A DNA stretch of 64,000 bases from the human T2T-CHM13v2.0 reference genome, Homo sapiens (GCF_009914755.1 NC_060929.1); one strand, 5' to 3'; positions 1 to 13,152 are shown, numbered from the stretch's first letter. Numbers and translations are program-made. The notes: generated from the letters alone by a model not told the origin.

Positions 1-30
1 CTGCACTTCAGCCTAGGCAACAGAGTGAGG
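1..30 (+). mobile_element. Alu 3' end (cut by window edge)
   Basis: ctgcacttcagcctaggcaacagagtgag matches the Alu right-arm terminus. Confidence 0.85.
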
Positions 31-110
31 AAAGAAAAGAAAGGAAAGAAAGGAATGAAGAAAGGAAGGAAGGAAGGAAGGAAGAAAGGGAGGAAGGAAA
101 GGAAAGAGAG

Positions 111-177
<67 letters not shown>
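31..177 (+). repeat. (GAAA)n/(GGAA)n microsatellite derived from the Alu tail
   Basis: Near-pure purine tetranucleotide array directly after the Alu end. Confidence 0.95.
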
Positions 178-179
<2 letters not shown>

Positions 180-180
180 A

Positions 181-374
181 AATTTACCCTTGCTCTGCTT
201 TTTTGTTCTGTTTAGGCTCTCAATGGATTAGATGATGTCTGCCAACATTGGTGAGAGCAGACAGATCTCCTTTACTCAGCATACCTCTCACAGTCACACA
301 CAGAAATAATGTTTTAACAACTGTGTGGTTACTTCTTAACTCAGTCAAGTTGACACATACAATTTACCATCACA
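181..374 (-). mobile_element. MLT2 (ERVL) LTR 5' fragment
   Basis: Ends cagtcaagttgacacatacaatttaccatcaca, the reverse complement of the MLT2 start TGTGATGGTTAATTTTATGTGTCAACTTGAC. Confidence 0.75.
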
Positions 375-495
375 GAGAGTGAAACTATTCTGTATGATAC
401 TATAATGGTGGCCATATGCCATTATACATTTGTCAAAACCCATAGAATATGCAGCACCAAGAGTAAAACCTTATTGTAAAACATGAACTTTAGGT
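375..495 (+). mobile_element. L1MC-type 3'UTR fragment
   Basis: gaaactattctgtatgatactataatggtgg...catttgtcaaaacccatagaat motif. Confidence 0.75.
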
Positions 496-717
496 GAAGA
501 CCTCTTCAGCCTGGACTTTATTGTCCACATTACTATCAGCATTTTGCTCAAAACCATTCAACAAGTTTCTAGGAAGTTCCAAACTTTCCCAAATCTTCCT
601 ACCTTCTTCTGAGCCCTCTGAACTGTTCCAATCTCTGCCTGTTACCCAGTTCCAAAGTTGCTTCCACATTTTCAGGCTATCTTTATAGCAAGTCCCCATT
701 ACCTGGTACCAATTCTC
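496..717 (-). mobile_element. THE1/MST internal (MaLR-int) 5' fragment
   Basis: Homologous to 20950-21189; abuts the LTR at aattctc|tgtattag. Confidence 0.85.
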
Positions 718-1085
718 TGTATTAGTCCATTCTCATGCTGCTGTAAAGAAACACCCAAGGATGGGTAATTTATAAAAGAAAGAGGTTTAATTGACTCACA
801 ATTTCGCATGGCTGGGAAGGCTTCAGGAAACTTACAGTCATGGCAGACAGCAAAAGGGAAGCAGGCACTTTCTTCACAAGGCAGTAGGAGGGAGAGAGAG
901 CACAGCAGAAACTGCCACACTTTTAAATCATCAAGATCTCATGAGAACTCCCTCACTATCCTAGGAACAGCATGGGAAAAATCACCTTCATGATCCAATC
1001 ACCTCACACAAGGTCTCTCCCTTGACATGTGGGGATTACAATTTGAGATAAGATTTGGGTGGGGACACAGAGCCAAACCATATTA
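718..1085 (-). mobile_element. THE1D/MSTA-type MaLR LTR
   Basis: tgtattagtccattctcatgctgct...gggtggggacacagagccaaaccatatta. Confidence 0.9.
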
Positions 1086-1174
1086 ATTAAAAAGAAAATG
1101 ATGTTGCAGATAGAATTAAGGTTGCTAATTAGCTGGTTGAGGAGAAGTTACCATGTGATTCACTTAGGCATTGC

Positions 1175-1500
1175 ACACTTAGGCATTTATCCCAGAGAAT
1201 GGGAAAGTTATGCTCACACAAAAACTGTACCATAATGCTTATAACAGCTTGACTTGTTGTATCCCTGAATTATCCCAGATGTCCTTCAACAGGAAATAGT
1301 TAAAATGTGGTAATATACGTACTATGGAATAGAACTTTGCAATAGGAAGGAACTAACTTAACACCTTAAATTAATTTCCAGGGAATTATGCTTTGTGAAA
1401 AAAAAATTCTCAAATTTACCTTGAGTAAGATTTCATTTATATAGCATTTTTAAAATGACATATGACATTTTAGCTATAAATGACATATTAGTGACAAATT
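1175..1500 (+). mobile_element. Old L1M (MC/ME) 3' fragment
   Basis: taggcatttatcccagagaa...cacacaaaaactgtac...cagatgtccttcaacagg motifs. Confidence 0.65.
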
Positions 1501-1802
1501 AGGAAAAAGGCTGGCGTGTACTAGAAGGTGGTACTAGAAAGTATTACTATAGATAATAAATATAATTATGTACAAATGATAAAAGTAGCTGGACTTACTA
1601 TATGTTTGTCATACTCATTCTTTTTATCCTCTAGACTCAGGGCGATGCCTTTTACTAAAATGGGCTTCCAAATGCTTGCTAAGAAGTGGAGAAAGTTCTG
1701 TTGTTTTTGTGGTGGTTACTCCTAAAATCTGTGATAAAGAGATTACTTTGATAATCTTTGAAATTAAATACACCTATCAACAGAAGAAGCTCACTTGCAG
1801 TA

Positions 1803-1954
1803 CAGATGCACCTCAAGTACAAGGGGGTTATGTCCTCATAAATTCATTGTAAGTTGAAAATATTGTGAAGTCGAAAATGCATTTAACACCTGAGAAACCC
1901 ATTGTAATGTGAAAAAATCTTATGTTTAAATCCTGTTAAGTTGGGGGCCTTCTG
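1803..1954. mobile_element. MER47-type (Tigger5-derived) MITE
   Basis: ta|cagatgcacctcaagtacaagggggttatgtcc...gtaagttgaaaatattgtgaagtcgaaaatgc; degenerate TIR at the other end. Confidence 0.75.
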
Positions 1955-1967
1955 CATTTCCTGAGTA

Positions 1968-2158
1968 ACAATAGCTTCATTTGTATCCTCCTTTAAAATT
2001 TACAGAGTAATTTTTACATGCAGAATTCTACATCAGTCATATAAATTACAGAAGATACGTAAACTATATGTAATCATTTGCACTTCACAGATGAGACCCA
2101 GAAACTTATACAAAGCAGAGCCAAGATTGTAACCCAGGTCTTTTAACTCAACTCCAGT
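1968..2158 (-). mobile_element. MIR fragment
   Basis: acagatgagacccaga...gcagagccaagattgtaacccaggtc core. Confidence 0.5.
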
Positions 2159-2206
2159 ACCATGGTTTTTTGCAGTACCCATTTCTCTATGCAACTTCTA
2201 ACAATA

Positions 2207-2810
2207 TTGGTTCTTAGCTCTATAAGACACAATGACAGTTTTCTAAAATAAATGTTTTGAAAGTCCTTTTTTCACTCTCCTGAAAAAAATTACAGAGTCA
2301 ATGCACTTAACTTCAAAATAATTGATATTATGCTTATTATTATATAGAAGAAAATAAAAATAGAAGTTTGAAATAATGTGCATGTCAATAAGTACTTGAA
2401 CATGACAACACTAGAATATATGCTAAAGAAATCAGATATTTGCAATAATGTATAGAATATTCATGTGACTGCTACAAATGCAGACTCAAATATATTAAGC
2501 TGCTCTGTGGTGAAGATTTATTGGTAAAATTCCAAACATAATAAAGTATAATTTCTAAGATGTATACACTAGCTGTATTTAGGAAAAATTTGCTGTATAT
2601 TCATATCCAGCTAACATTACTTTGTAATTATAAATAGGGTTTGCATCATGAATGTCATGGGCATTGTGGTTCCTTGTGGTATATCTAATATCCCTAGCTA
2701 GTGCTCACTACCTGCCAGTAGAGTGCCCAATTCTTATGACAAGCAACACTATCCCCCTGAATTTCACAATGATACCTAGGTTGTGGACATCTCCTCTATT
2801 GCACTCTGCT
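2207..2810 (+). mobile_element. MER20B (hAT-Charlie)
   Basis: gtgactgctacaaatgcagact, ttggtaaaattccaaac and a MER20-like end (atccctagc...tgccagtag). Confidence 0.65.
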
Positions 2811-4644
2811 AAACACAGCATGGAACAACAATAGCAGAGTTACTGGGGACAGCTTCAACATTTTTGCCAATTAAGTGTTAATCACTGTTAGGACTCTACA
2901 TTTTCAGTCTCAGGAACACTTTTGAAATAGCTTCTTGCACTCTGCACTGCTTATACTCATACAACTTACTTCCTCAGAAGGACAATAAAAAAGGAATAGA
3001 GGTATCTTTTTCTAGCCTAAATTATGTAAACCTTCTCAAGTAAATCAGGAATCAGCTAATTTCACTATCATTCAATAGACTTCTGTTAAATATCTCAAAT
3101 GTCAATTATATGAAGGCCTAAAATAGTAAAATAGTTAAATATAATTTGTAATTCAGACAACAAAAAATGCTTACCTATTCATAACTATCTCCTCAAAGGT
3201 CAAAGACAGTAACTTTTATTATTAAGCTTTGTAGAAGCTAATTCATGTCTTATGGCCAGAGTGATGGTAACAGGCCAAGATATCACTTGTAGAGCCTGCC
3301 AACCGCAGCTTCTGTTATTGCACTTGTCAAAATGACCCGCTGGGATGGAAGATTTATTAGAATTTTCTTTCCAGATAAATCCCTGTTGTGAATCAAATTA
3401 TTCACTTTGTATTGAATAATATTTTTAGCAGTAATTCTGGAGTTGTTTAAAAGTTCTTATTAAGGAACATGTTATATATTTTGATAAAATCAGAGTGTAA
3501 AGAAAACCAAATGAATGAAAAATGTATTTCATAAGTTGACTTTCCATTGTTTAATATCATTTGCCTTTTAGTGTAATTCTTATGCCATATTTGTTTTGAA
3601 AGCTACAAATCTTATTTATGGTCCGATAATAAATATCTTTCCCTCTGATTTACTGAAAATTGGTAAGGATTTTGATAAAAGATTGAGTTCAATAGTGATG
3701 AATGGTCCTAAGAATTACAAGATTTAGTTCAATATTTTGTATGTATATTTAAAGTCTACAACCAGACAAGCGACCAAGAAAGTTTAAGCAATATTAGTAA
3801 TCTGTATTTGTCACTGGACCCCTGAGTGTTTTCCCAAATGTGATAAATGAGGGGGATACCAAAGAGAAGCTTCAGGTTCTCTAAGGGAGGATCGACTCAG
3901 TAGATAAGTGATGGTCCAAACTGCCCCATGGGTCTTCTTTGGAATTGAGGTTAAAAGCCATTGCAACTTCTTTTTAGAAACCAAGCAGGTATCCTCAAGC
4001 ACTTGATCTTCGAATGAAGCACAATATTCACGCAGTTTGAATTTTTCTACTTTGATTTACATAAATCACAATGGTTTAAATATGCACACATATACATACA
4101 AATATACATTCACTGCACCTGGAGATTTATGAGACAGAGCAATTCATATTTAGAATTGATAAATGTCTGAAAATGGATTAAAGAAGGTTTTAAACTGCAT
4201 ATTTACTAATACAGAAATGCCCCCTACATTTGTAATCTGGCAATCTGTATTTGTATTTCAGCAAAGAACCTATGTAAAATCAAATTCCTTGTCTACCTAC
4301 ACAACCCATCAATGAAAAAATAGACTTAAAAAAATAAGTTTGGAAGTCCTACTGCCCTCACACATATTCAAAAGTGACCCTAAAACAAATATATGTTTCC
4401 TACCTCTTAACTAAATCTCTCTAACACTCCATTTACTTCACTAATCTTAAAAACACACCTTACAAAGTTACAATTCATTAGATCGGTGATTACTTGATAT
4501 GGAGGACATCTGGGAATGGGTTCACTGAACATCTGAAACGCGTCACATCATTAGACAAAAGAAAATGTTGATGAGTCCCTGAGTGTTCAACATGGCTGGA
4601 CTTCACAGGCTCATGGATCACTGCAAGACTGATTTTATATATGT

Positions 4645-4690
4645 ACACACACACATACACACACACACACACCCCCATACCTATACACAT
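4645..4690 (+). repeat. (CA)n microsatellite, imperfect
   Basis: acacacacacatacacacacacacacac. Confidence 0.9.
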
Positions 4691-5904
4691 GTTAATAAAA
4701 AACTGAAAAGGGAAGAGAAACAGAAGTTTTACCCTATTAGACACCTCAACCTAGAATATAGTTGGCACTCTAAATATTTTTTAAACAAATGAATAACAGA
4801 ATATGTATAAATTGATGACACCTTTTTCTTGGAAATTATGGCAATGTTTTGTTGAGGCTCCTTGGTCCATTGTATATTCCCCACAAATGTGATTGGTTTG
4901 GGTTCAGCCATGTTCAGTCAGACCTTTGGGAAATTATCTTTAAAGATAGACTGACTGAGAAATCTACCAGTTCAGTAAGATACCACTGCAAAAGATTAAT
5001 ATCTCATAGAAGTCTCCATTACACTTGCCACAGACTTCTGACATTAAACGATGATGCTGGTGAAACACCGACTTACTATCATGGCATTGCTTAAAATGAT
5101 TACTTCATCGCAGCAACAAATGGGCAGAATACAGAAGACAGGACTATCAGGGCTTTTTGCCTTGTATTTTTGCTGATAGAGAAGAGAAAAGAAAATGTGA
5201 ATCTTTTGAGTCAGCCATAGTATTTTGGAAAAAATATTTTGAATAAAATTTTCTTAATTAATAGATATAAAATATTTTGCTAAAACAATAGAAACAAAAG
5301 GCGATAATAATAGTATCTTGTGATAGTCTACTTGGTGAAACATGGCCTCAGAATGTCTTGAAAATAGAAAAGAACCTAAATGTTCTATATAATCAAAATG
5401 AGAAAAAAGCAGCACAAAAGCAGCAGCCTGGTATAAATTTTAGCAAATCAACAGGAACACTTTGAAACACTCTGTTATTTTCTTTCTCTCCACCCGGAAA
5501 CTCTGCTGGGAACTCCACAGGACTACTGAAGTCTACTCTTCTCTCTTCCTTGTTACTTTTTGAAAGGCAAAGCTAAGCCTCAGAAAAACAAATCACCAAC
5601 AAGATGCATTTCAAACCTGACCTAGTTCTGACTAGGCCACATGAGTATTTCATGTACATATTTACCCTACAAGATTAATCTCATTTTCAGCAGTTATTCA
5701 GATGTGTAGATGTCAGTACATTAAACCAAACAAACTCAATACTGTAATTGTACTTTAAGTTCCAAGACACAGATTGACTTTCTAACGTAAATTTACAGAT
5801 CATGCTCTTGATAATTTGTTCTCCCTCTTATGACATTTAAAAATATGTAACCCTTTGTATTTGAAAACTTGCATTTTACATTCTGGACAACAGGCTTATG
5901 CTCT

Positions 5905-6070
5905 TTTCTTTTTCCTTCCTTCCTTCCTTCCTTCATTCCTTCCTTCCTTCCTTCCTTCCTTCCTCCCTCCTTCCCTCCTTCCCTCCTTCCCTCTTCTCTT
6001 CCCTTCCCTTCACTCCCCTCCCCTCCCCTTCTCCTTCCTTCCTTCCTTCCTTCCTTCCTTTCTTCCTTTT
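5905..6070 (+). repeat. (CCTT)n polypyrimidine microsatellite
   Basis: About 160 bp almost purely C/T. Confidence 0.95.
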
Positions 6071-6394
6071 TACTTTTCTGCCTTGTTATAGAGCTAAATT
6101 CATCAGATTCTAATAATCTATGGTCATTTACTTTGAATTTGGCTTTTAAAAGAAAGTTATCTTTGCTAAGTAGATTTCTTTATGGGGGAAAACAAGATAT
6201 TTGTGTTATCTTAGTAATTACATTTTCATTTCAGATAAATAAATCATTATACAGGTTATCATGACAGATTCATGCATCAATAAATCCCCCAGAGCTTAAT
6301 CACCCTGGACAATATATACAGTTGTACTCATGGGCATAAAAAACTAAAAAGATAAGCATAGACTTGTGGTGACTTTAATAAGAAGCGGATAGCG

Positions 6395-6510
6395 CTGAGC
6401 TTGTGATTTGATAAATCAACTAGTTATCCTTCTTTCTATGTTACCTTATCTATAACAGTAGTTAACAATCATCTCATGAAAATGATTGTATGATTGTTAA
6501 CTGAATTTAA
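6395..6510 (+). mobile_element. MIR fragment
   Basis: Degenerate core ccttatctataacagtagttaacaatcatctcatga. Confidence 0.4.
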
Positions 6511-6572
6511 AGATATGTTAAAAATCCCAAAATAAACATACTTTGTTTGATTCTATTTGCAAGATCTGATAA

Positions 6573-6952
<380 letters not shown>

Positions 6953-7237
6953 TATATCCTATTGTTATTAAATATAAGATGAATTTGCATAGTATTAGGA
7001 AAGGTTAGATTAATTTGAAGGGTGACAATTACTTCTTACATGGTCTCATTTGTTTTAGTTCATTTTATACCTACTCTATGCCTTTTAGAGAGCATAATTT
7101 ATAATGTCAACCACATCATTTATAATGTCCTGCATAGTATTTTTCCACTATGGACAAATATCTTTTTATCTTTATTTTAAATTTTATAACTTTCATCTTT
7201 ATCCTTATATAAACATGTACTTGAATTTTGTAACGAT

Positions 7238-7355
7238 TCAATGATTGATTTAACAGGCTCTTGCCTGTAATCACTCTTCTGTCACTAGGGATACAGTGAT
7301 AAAATAAAGATAACGTATCTGCTTAAATGAACCTTACATTAAAATGAAGAGAAGC
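7238..7355 (-). mobile_element. L2 3' end fragment
   Basis: cactagggatacagtgataaaataaag...gaaccttacatt. Confidence 0.5.
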
Positions 7356-7555
7356 TATGAAGAAAAAAGAAAGAGAAGAATAAAGCAAAAACATGGATGA
7401 GAAAAAAAAAAGGAAGAAAGGATGAAAGGAAGTAAAGGTACCAAGGAATATTAACACTATCAAGTAGTGTAAGTGTTATATAGAGATATAAAATAATCTG
7501 GATAGAATAAGAGTAACTGCATGTCTACTTTAGATTGAATGATGTAGTTAAATCT

Positions 7556-8024
7556 TCTTAAAGAACAAACTATAATAACATTTGCTAAAATGCTAAAGAA
7601 GGCTTTATTCCAAACTATTGCAATAATAATATTGCAATCTGGGAGAGAGGTTAGGCTCAACTCCAAATACAACAAAGATAGCTAGGGATATACTGCCAAT
7701 GAGCTGAGTGAAGAGAGTCAGTGGATGGAAAATTATTAAGAGGAGAAATCAAGGATAGGGAGCTTCCTGCTAAACTGTTGTAATATGATTCTTGCTGAAG
7801 GCAGGCCAAGGTAAATAGGTTTCAATTTGTGGATGAATAATTTGGTTATATCATAGGTGATCAGATACCAGGGGTGAGGGATTCTCTCTAAACTGGCTTA
7901 GCATGATTCTCACTAAACTGAGCTAGGCAGGCCCAGCAAGGACAGAGGTTATAGTCAATATCCAGTTGAGAAGAGGGCTCAGAGGAACCTGTCTAAAATT
8001 TGGTCAAGGAGAAAGTCTTTGTCA
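7556..8024 (-). mobile_element. MER31 (ERV1) solo LTR
   Basis: Ends gagaagagggctcagaggaacctgtctaaaatttggtcaaggagaaagtctttgtca, the reverse complement of the MER31 start TGACAAAGACT... Confidence 0.8.
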
Positions 8025-8029
8025 ACTTT

Positions 8030-9330
8030 TTCCTGATTCAATTTAAATTTAAATAGCTTAAGTTAGGGCAGAGCTTAATTTAAGATTTGGATGTCAGTGG
8101 TGCAGCAGTTAGGCAAACAGCAAGGATAAGAACCTCAGTTAGAGAAAATAGCTAAAATAAATGTTCTTTAAAAACTGATTTGGTTCATTGCAGAGAAAGA
8201 AATAAACTGTGTGCCTGGAGTGAAGTGATTGATGTAGGTAATGTCTACAAACTAGACCAGGTTATTTGGGAAGATTTATCAGGTTTTTTGGGAGAATAAT
8301 CAGTAAGAATTGCATCAAATACAGGAAATTAGCAAAAAAGTCAAAGATCAGGAATATCTTTCATTGTACTGAACAAAACTTGTGAATGGTGATAACATTG
8401 GCTGAGGTTGGGACATTGAAGGGTTGTAGACACATAACGAAATATTGGGTTTTATTAGGATTGAGTCGTTCTTTCTAATCCTAATGGACAAGTAAGTTGG
8501 AAATACTAGTCTTTAGTTTATGGCTATGTCTAGGCTTTACATACATGTGGAAGTTGTAGAAAATGGATAGTATTTAAGGCTTTAGAATCAAACGATATTG
8601 CATAGAGGTAGAAAACAAGAAGAAGGACAGGACAAACACCCTAGGCATTCTGACATTTAAAGATCAAGCTCAAGAGAGGAGCAGGAAACAGCATAAATAA
8701 ACTTGCCCTGTGAAGGAGAAGAAAATCCAGAAGGTTATGCTTTCACAGAAGTGAAAGGAAAGAAGAATTTTAAAAAGAAGAGAGAAGTCAGTTACATTTA
8801 TTTCTCCTGAGAGGTTAAATAAGAGAGATAGCCATTAGTATATTTACTACAAAATTATCATGTATTTATTAGAATGAAATCTAATACGAAGAAAGACAGG
8901 AATTTATTCAATAGTTTCATGAATCTTTGTACTGCTAGGTGGAGTAGAATGTGAAATCAATGGAGAGTATTTTTTTAAGATAAGATACTTCATGATTGAT
9001 TGCTAATGAGAATGATCTAGTACACAGTGAGAAACTGATGAGTTAGACAAAGAGGAAAGCACTTAAGGTGAGAGAGGTTGAAATTTAGAATGGCTAGCCT
9101 TACATAAGACCAAGGATATTTAACCTCTAGTCATCCAAGGAAAGCAAAATCAGGAAACAAACCAGCAAATGTGTTGGTGGGACAATGAGGTAGCTGTTGT
9201 TAGATGGTTTGTATTTTATAAGCTGAAATAAAGCTAAAGAGAAAATGAAAAGGTTTAAAAATACAGGAGAGAAACTGTCATTTAAGACAATAGAAAATCA
9301 GCATATCTGGTAAAAGACATAATAATTGAG
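8030..9330 (-). mobile_element. L2, fragmented continuation
   Basis: Purine-rich L2 antisense motifs (atggatagtatttaaggc, gacatttaaagatc, ctgagaggttaaataag). Confidence 0.6.
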
Positions 9331-9380
9331 CAATGTGAATGAACATGACTCACGGTAAAACAAATTCACATCTATATATA

Positions 9381-9706
9381 CAGTAGTTTCCCCTTATCTA
9401 TTGTTGAGCTTTCTGTGGTTTCAGTTACCCATGGACAACTGTGCTTCAAAAATATTATGTACAATAAAATATTTTGAGAGAGAGACCACATTCACATACA
9501 TTTTATTACAGCATATTATTTTACTTTATTACTAGTTATTGTTAATCTCTTACCATGCCTCATTTGTAAATTAAACTTTATGGTAAATATGTATGCACAG
9601 AAAAAAAATCATAGGATATATAGGGTTCATACTATCCATGACTTCAGGCATCCACTGGGGTCTTGGAACCTATGCCCTAAAAATAAATTGGGCTGGGGGA
9701 CTACTG
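9381..9706. mobile_element. MER44A (Tigger7 derivative)
   Basis: TIRs cagtagtttcccc / ggggactactg; internal gagagaccacattcacat and caggcatccactgggg. Confidence 0.9.
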
Positions 9707-10025
9707 TCTTTGTGTGTTGTTGGAGGGAGGTCTTGTTATTTTGATATTCATATTGGTATTTGATATTCCAGTTTAATAAAATTCAAAGAGTATTTTTCTT
9801 ATTTAAGAAAAGGCCCAGAATCCATAAACTGTTGTGGGTTAACTTGCAATTAGGGTAAAATCTCAAGGTGATTTACTGTAAGGGTTTTACTACAAGATGA
9901 GAAACAGAGATATACGTGTAACAAACTATATATGGATTTGAACAAACATTTTATTGAAGAAACAGAATTTAAGGAGAACATATGAGAAAGCTATTTATCC
10001 ATCTATGTATTTATTTAAAGAGTAG

Positions 10026-10220
10026 AAAAACTTTAATATTTTATAATGTATGACCTGGGTCTTGAAAAGATTAGGAGATTCCAAATAAGAGTAGTTGTCT
10101 GACCTTGCTGTGACATCTTAACTTTTTCACTAAATACATAGTATTTAGTGAAAAAAAAAACTTTAATATTTAAATATGTATGGCCTTTGTCTTGAAAAGA
10201 TTAGGAGATTCCAATTAAGA
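10026..10220. repeat. About 65-bp direct duplication (130-bp period) with a 15-bp perfect hairpin between the copies
   Basis: aaaaactttaatattt...gtcttgaaaagattaggagattccaa occurs twice; tttttcactaaatac-ata-gtatttagtgaaaaa. Confidence 0.9.
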
Positions 10221-10394
10221 AGAGTATGAAAAAGTATGAAGACATGACTCAGTTCTTCTTTCTCTGTTTTTCTCTTCCTTTTTAAATTTTTATTTAATGT
10301 ATACCTTGCATGTGTTTCTCTCTTCCTATCATTTTATGAAAACATGCTTTTGTTACTTTAGTTCTATTGCTATTACTTCTATGTCAATAACATT

Positions 10395-10870
10395 TATATT
10401 ATACCTCTGACCTGAAGCTCTAGTTTTATATTTCCAGCTCTCTAGAGTAGATTTCCACTTGAAAGTCTCATTGTCACCTGAAAATAAAAGCATCAAAAAC
10501 CTGATATTATTTTATTTCATAAGATCTTCCATTCAATTTCCAAATCTCTTCATTATAACACTATTTTCTCAGTTGCAGAACTGAAAAGTTAAGATTATAT
10601 TTGAAATCTCTCTCTAGAGGTCCACTCTTATCCAATTAAACAATAAGCCTTCTCAATGCATCCTTTGAAATGTCGCTGCTGTTCATTCCTTCAACTTCCT
10701 AAAATGCCCCTTTATTTACTTTTAACCTAATTAATGCAGGTGCTTCGAATATGGTCAACTACATGGCCTATTTCTCTTCCAATCCAGTCGGCACATATCT
10801 ATCAAACTTTCTGGAAAGTTTTACCTCATTTCTCCCCTGTTAGCAAACCTATAAATTTATTCAAAAATTA
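10395..10870 (+). mobile_element. L2 fragment
   Basis: gatttccacttgaaagtctcattgtcacctgaaa..., ctcagttgcagaac motifs. Confidence 0.55.
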
Positions 10871-11416
10871 ACTACTTGTGTCATTATCGTCTTCTTCTGA
10901 AGAAATATACAATGTAATTGGCAATGATGCCTATATTACGGCCTACGTAGTCAACTTGATTCATTTGTATTTAGTCCTGAAGGTCCTAGACAGTCACTAC
11001 TACATTTTATTTCCAGTGATATAAAATAATCTGATCAAGATTTTAGTAAATCGCTCTACAAAGAGTAAATATACATACATACAGATATATGTATAAAATC
11101 AGCAAAATAGAATATTTGTTATGACACAAACATAATATTGAGACCAAAAAAAACAAGAAAAGTAAATACTTTAATAACCTTCAATGTCAAGGATTTTCTA
11201 TGATATGTTTAACAAATGTAGTGATCTATATCTCTGTCTATTCCTTTGATTAATCCATTGTTGTTTAATCCTTTGTTTCTGTGTCCCTTTTCAAACACAC
11301 ACTCAAGGTGGAGTCTAATTTGCTTTTAATGCCATAAAGTGGCACCTTCCTAGAGTGAACTTTTTAAAGTGCATAGAATAAGCCCCAACAAATGGGAGTC
11401 CTTGTATATTGTTATG

Positions 11417-11577
11417 TTATTTATTTATTTTTCTTTTTTAGAGACAGGGCCTTGCTCTGTTCCCAGGCTGAAGTGCAGTGGTCCAATCATAGCTCACTAC
11501 AGCTGCAAACTCCTGCTCTCATGTGATCCTCTCTCCTTAGCCTCCTAGCACCTAAGATTACAGGTGTCACACACAAC
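11417..11577 (-). mobile_element. FLAM/FAM Alu monomer
   Basis: Single monomer gagacagggccttgctctg...gattacaggtgtcacac with (TTTA)n tail; flanking tattgttat repeats. Confidence 0.85.
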
Positions 11578-12639
11578 TATTGTTATTTCTTTAAGCAGTA
11601 GCTAATGCAGCCATTACTTCATCCATGAGACATATATGTCATATCCTAAAATTATTTGTGCTACTCATTTTAAAATAACTATTTAATGAAGTACCAATGT
11701 TTACTTACTCACAATTTCACCTAGGAAACAAAAGGTGGAAATTTCCATCTGCAAATATGCCAATTTGTGTATACAGCCTCATATAGCATATTGAAGAAAA
11801 TGCCTAACTTCCGTGAGAAATAAAAAGTAAAACAATAGTTTTCTTCTGATATAGTCTGAGCTAAATTGGACCTTAAGTGACGTATTTGTAAAACAAAAGG
11901 TATAAACAAGAAAAATTGACCTATAATTGTATTGTTACAGAATGTCTTTAAATAATAATTCTTTAAGTTTGTTCAAACTTGGTAATTTTTTAGTTATGAA
12001 TGCAAAACACATTAAAATTAAATAAATTGAAAAATGCCTAAAAAAATTAATTCCAACATAGCTATGTTTTATTCTTTTTATAATATAATTATATTCTTCT
12101 TTATACTTTCAATAGGCTCAAAGATTACTGTTTGGTAATAAAAATATACACTTCAAGTTTCAGACAGTATCATATTTGGAAACAGTGACATATAACAACA
12201 TCAAATTAGTACTTAAGTTGGCATTTTCATCTATCATCCATTTGCATTGTTATCTTAATAACTAAATCATTTTATTGCTGTGTATAAATCAATAAGGGTA
12301 AGAACCAAAAAATCCTAATAACAGAGTCAACCCCGACAACATACACCTACACCCCACATACATACACCCCCCCACATACCACATAATTAAAATAAAATGT
12401 TACTTTTAAAATATAAGTACATTTCTTTTGATCATACAAAAATGGAAAGCATATCTCTTTTCTGTAAACATACAGTATGAGGAGACAACAAAATGCTGAA
12501 TTAGGCAAGTAAAAAATCACAGGTATCACTGATAGGGCTCTAATACAGATAACTTGATAACAGGTATTAAAAACTAAAATGTTAGCCAAGTTAGGATGTT
12601 GCAACAAAGTCAGACTTTATTCTATGACTTTTACCTACT

Positions 12640-13152
12640 TACCTTTTTTTCTCCTCCAGGTTCACCCCTTAACCTTTCCACCAAGCTCTGTGGTCTAGAA
12701 TGTTGAACTGTGTTCATTATATCAATATGAGAGTTTCCTTGCTCTCTAACTGCTGATTGGGTATGACTGAGAGGCACCAACAGGAGAACCGAAGGCAGAA
12801 GGATACTGAATCTCAAAGTATTTTTTCCTTAGGTCTTTCCCATTTGTCCTGCTAGAAACTGTCAGTGATTGCATTCTTCTACTTAAGGCTATAGGTTCTG
12901 TGTTCATGGCCCTTGCTAACAGCTACCAGCTTTCCTGAGTTCTGGCAACTCCTGAATCTCCTGGCTTCTTCGTGAGTGAATGTGGTCACAGGTTTCTCTC
13001 TATTGTTTCTCCCAGAGCGCTCCACAATTCCATCTTGGTTTCCATTAAACTGCCCCCCACCTCTGTAATCAATTATCTTATCAAATTTTTGTCATTTATT
13101 CTTTTTATTATTGCGCTAAGTCATTGTCTTTTGGGATTCTGACAAAAATAAC
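12640..13152 (+). mobile_element. LTR33 (ERVL) solo LTR
   Basis: ccttgctctctaactgctgattggg...gaggcaccaacaggaga; end gggattctgac. Confidence 0.65.

Noticed and set aside
4490-4744. 84-aa minus-strand ORF or possible exon
   Set aside because: Runs through a (TG)n repeat; weak donor (aa|gtaatc); no homology recognised
5855-6264. PSFL-repeat ORFs
   Set aside because: Translation of the (CCTT)n microsatellite
7097-7130. Short direct repeat atttataatgtc x2 (similar: gtactagaa near 1518/1531)
   Set aside because: Too short and AT-rich; ordinary slippage or chance
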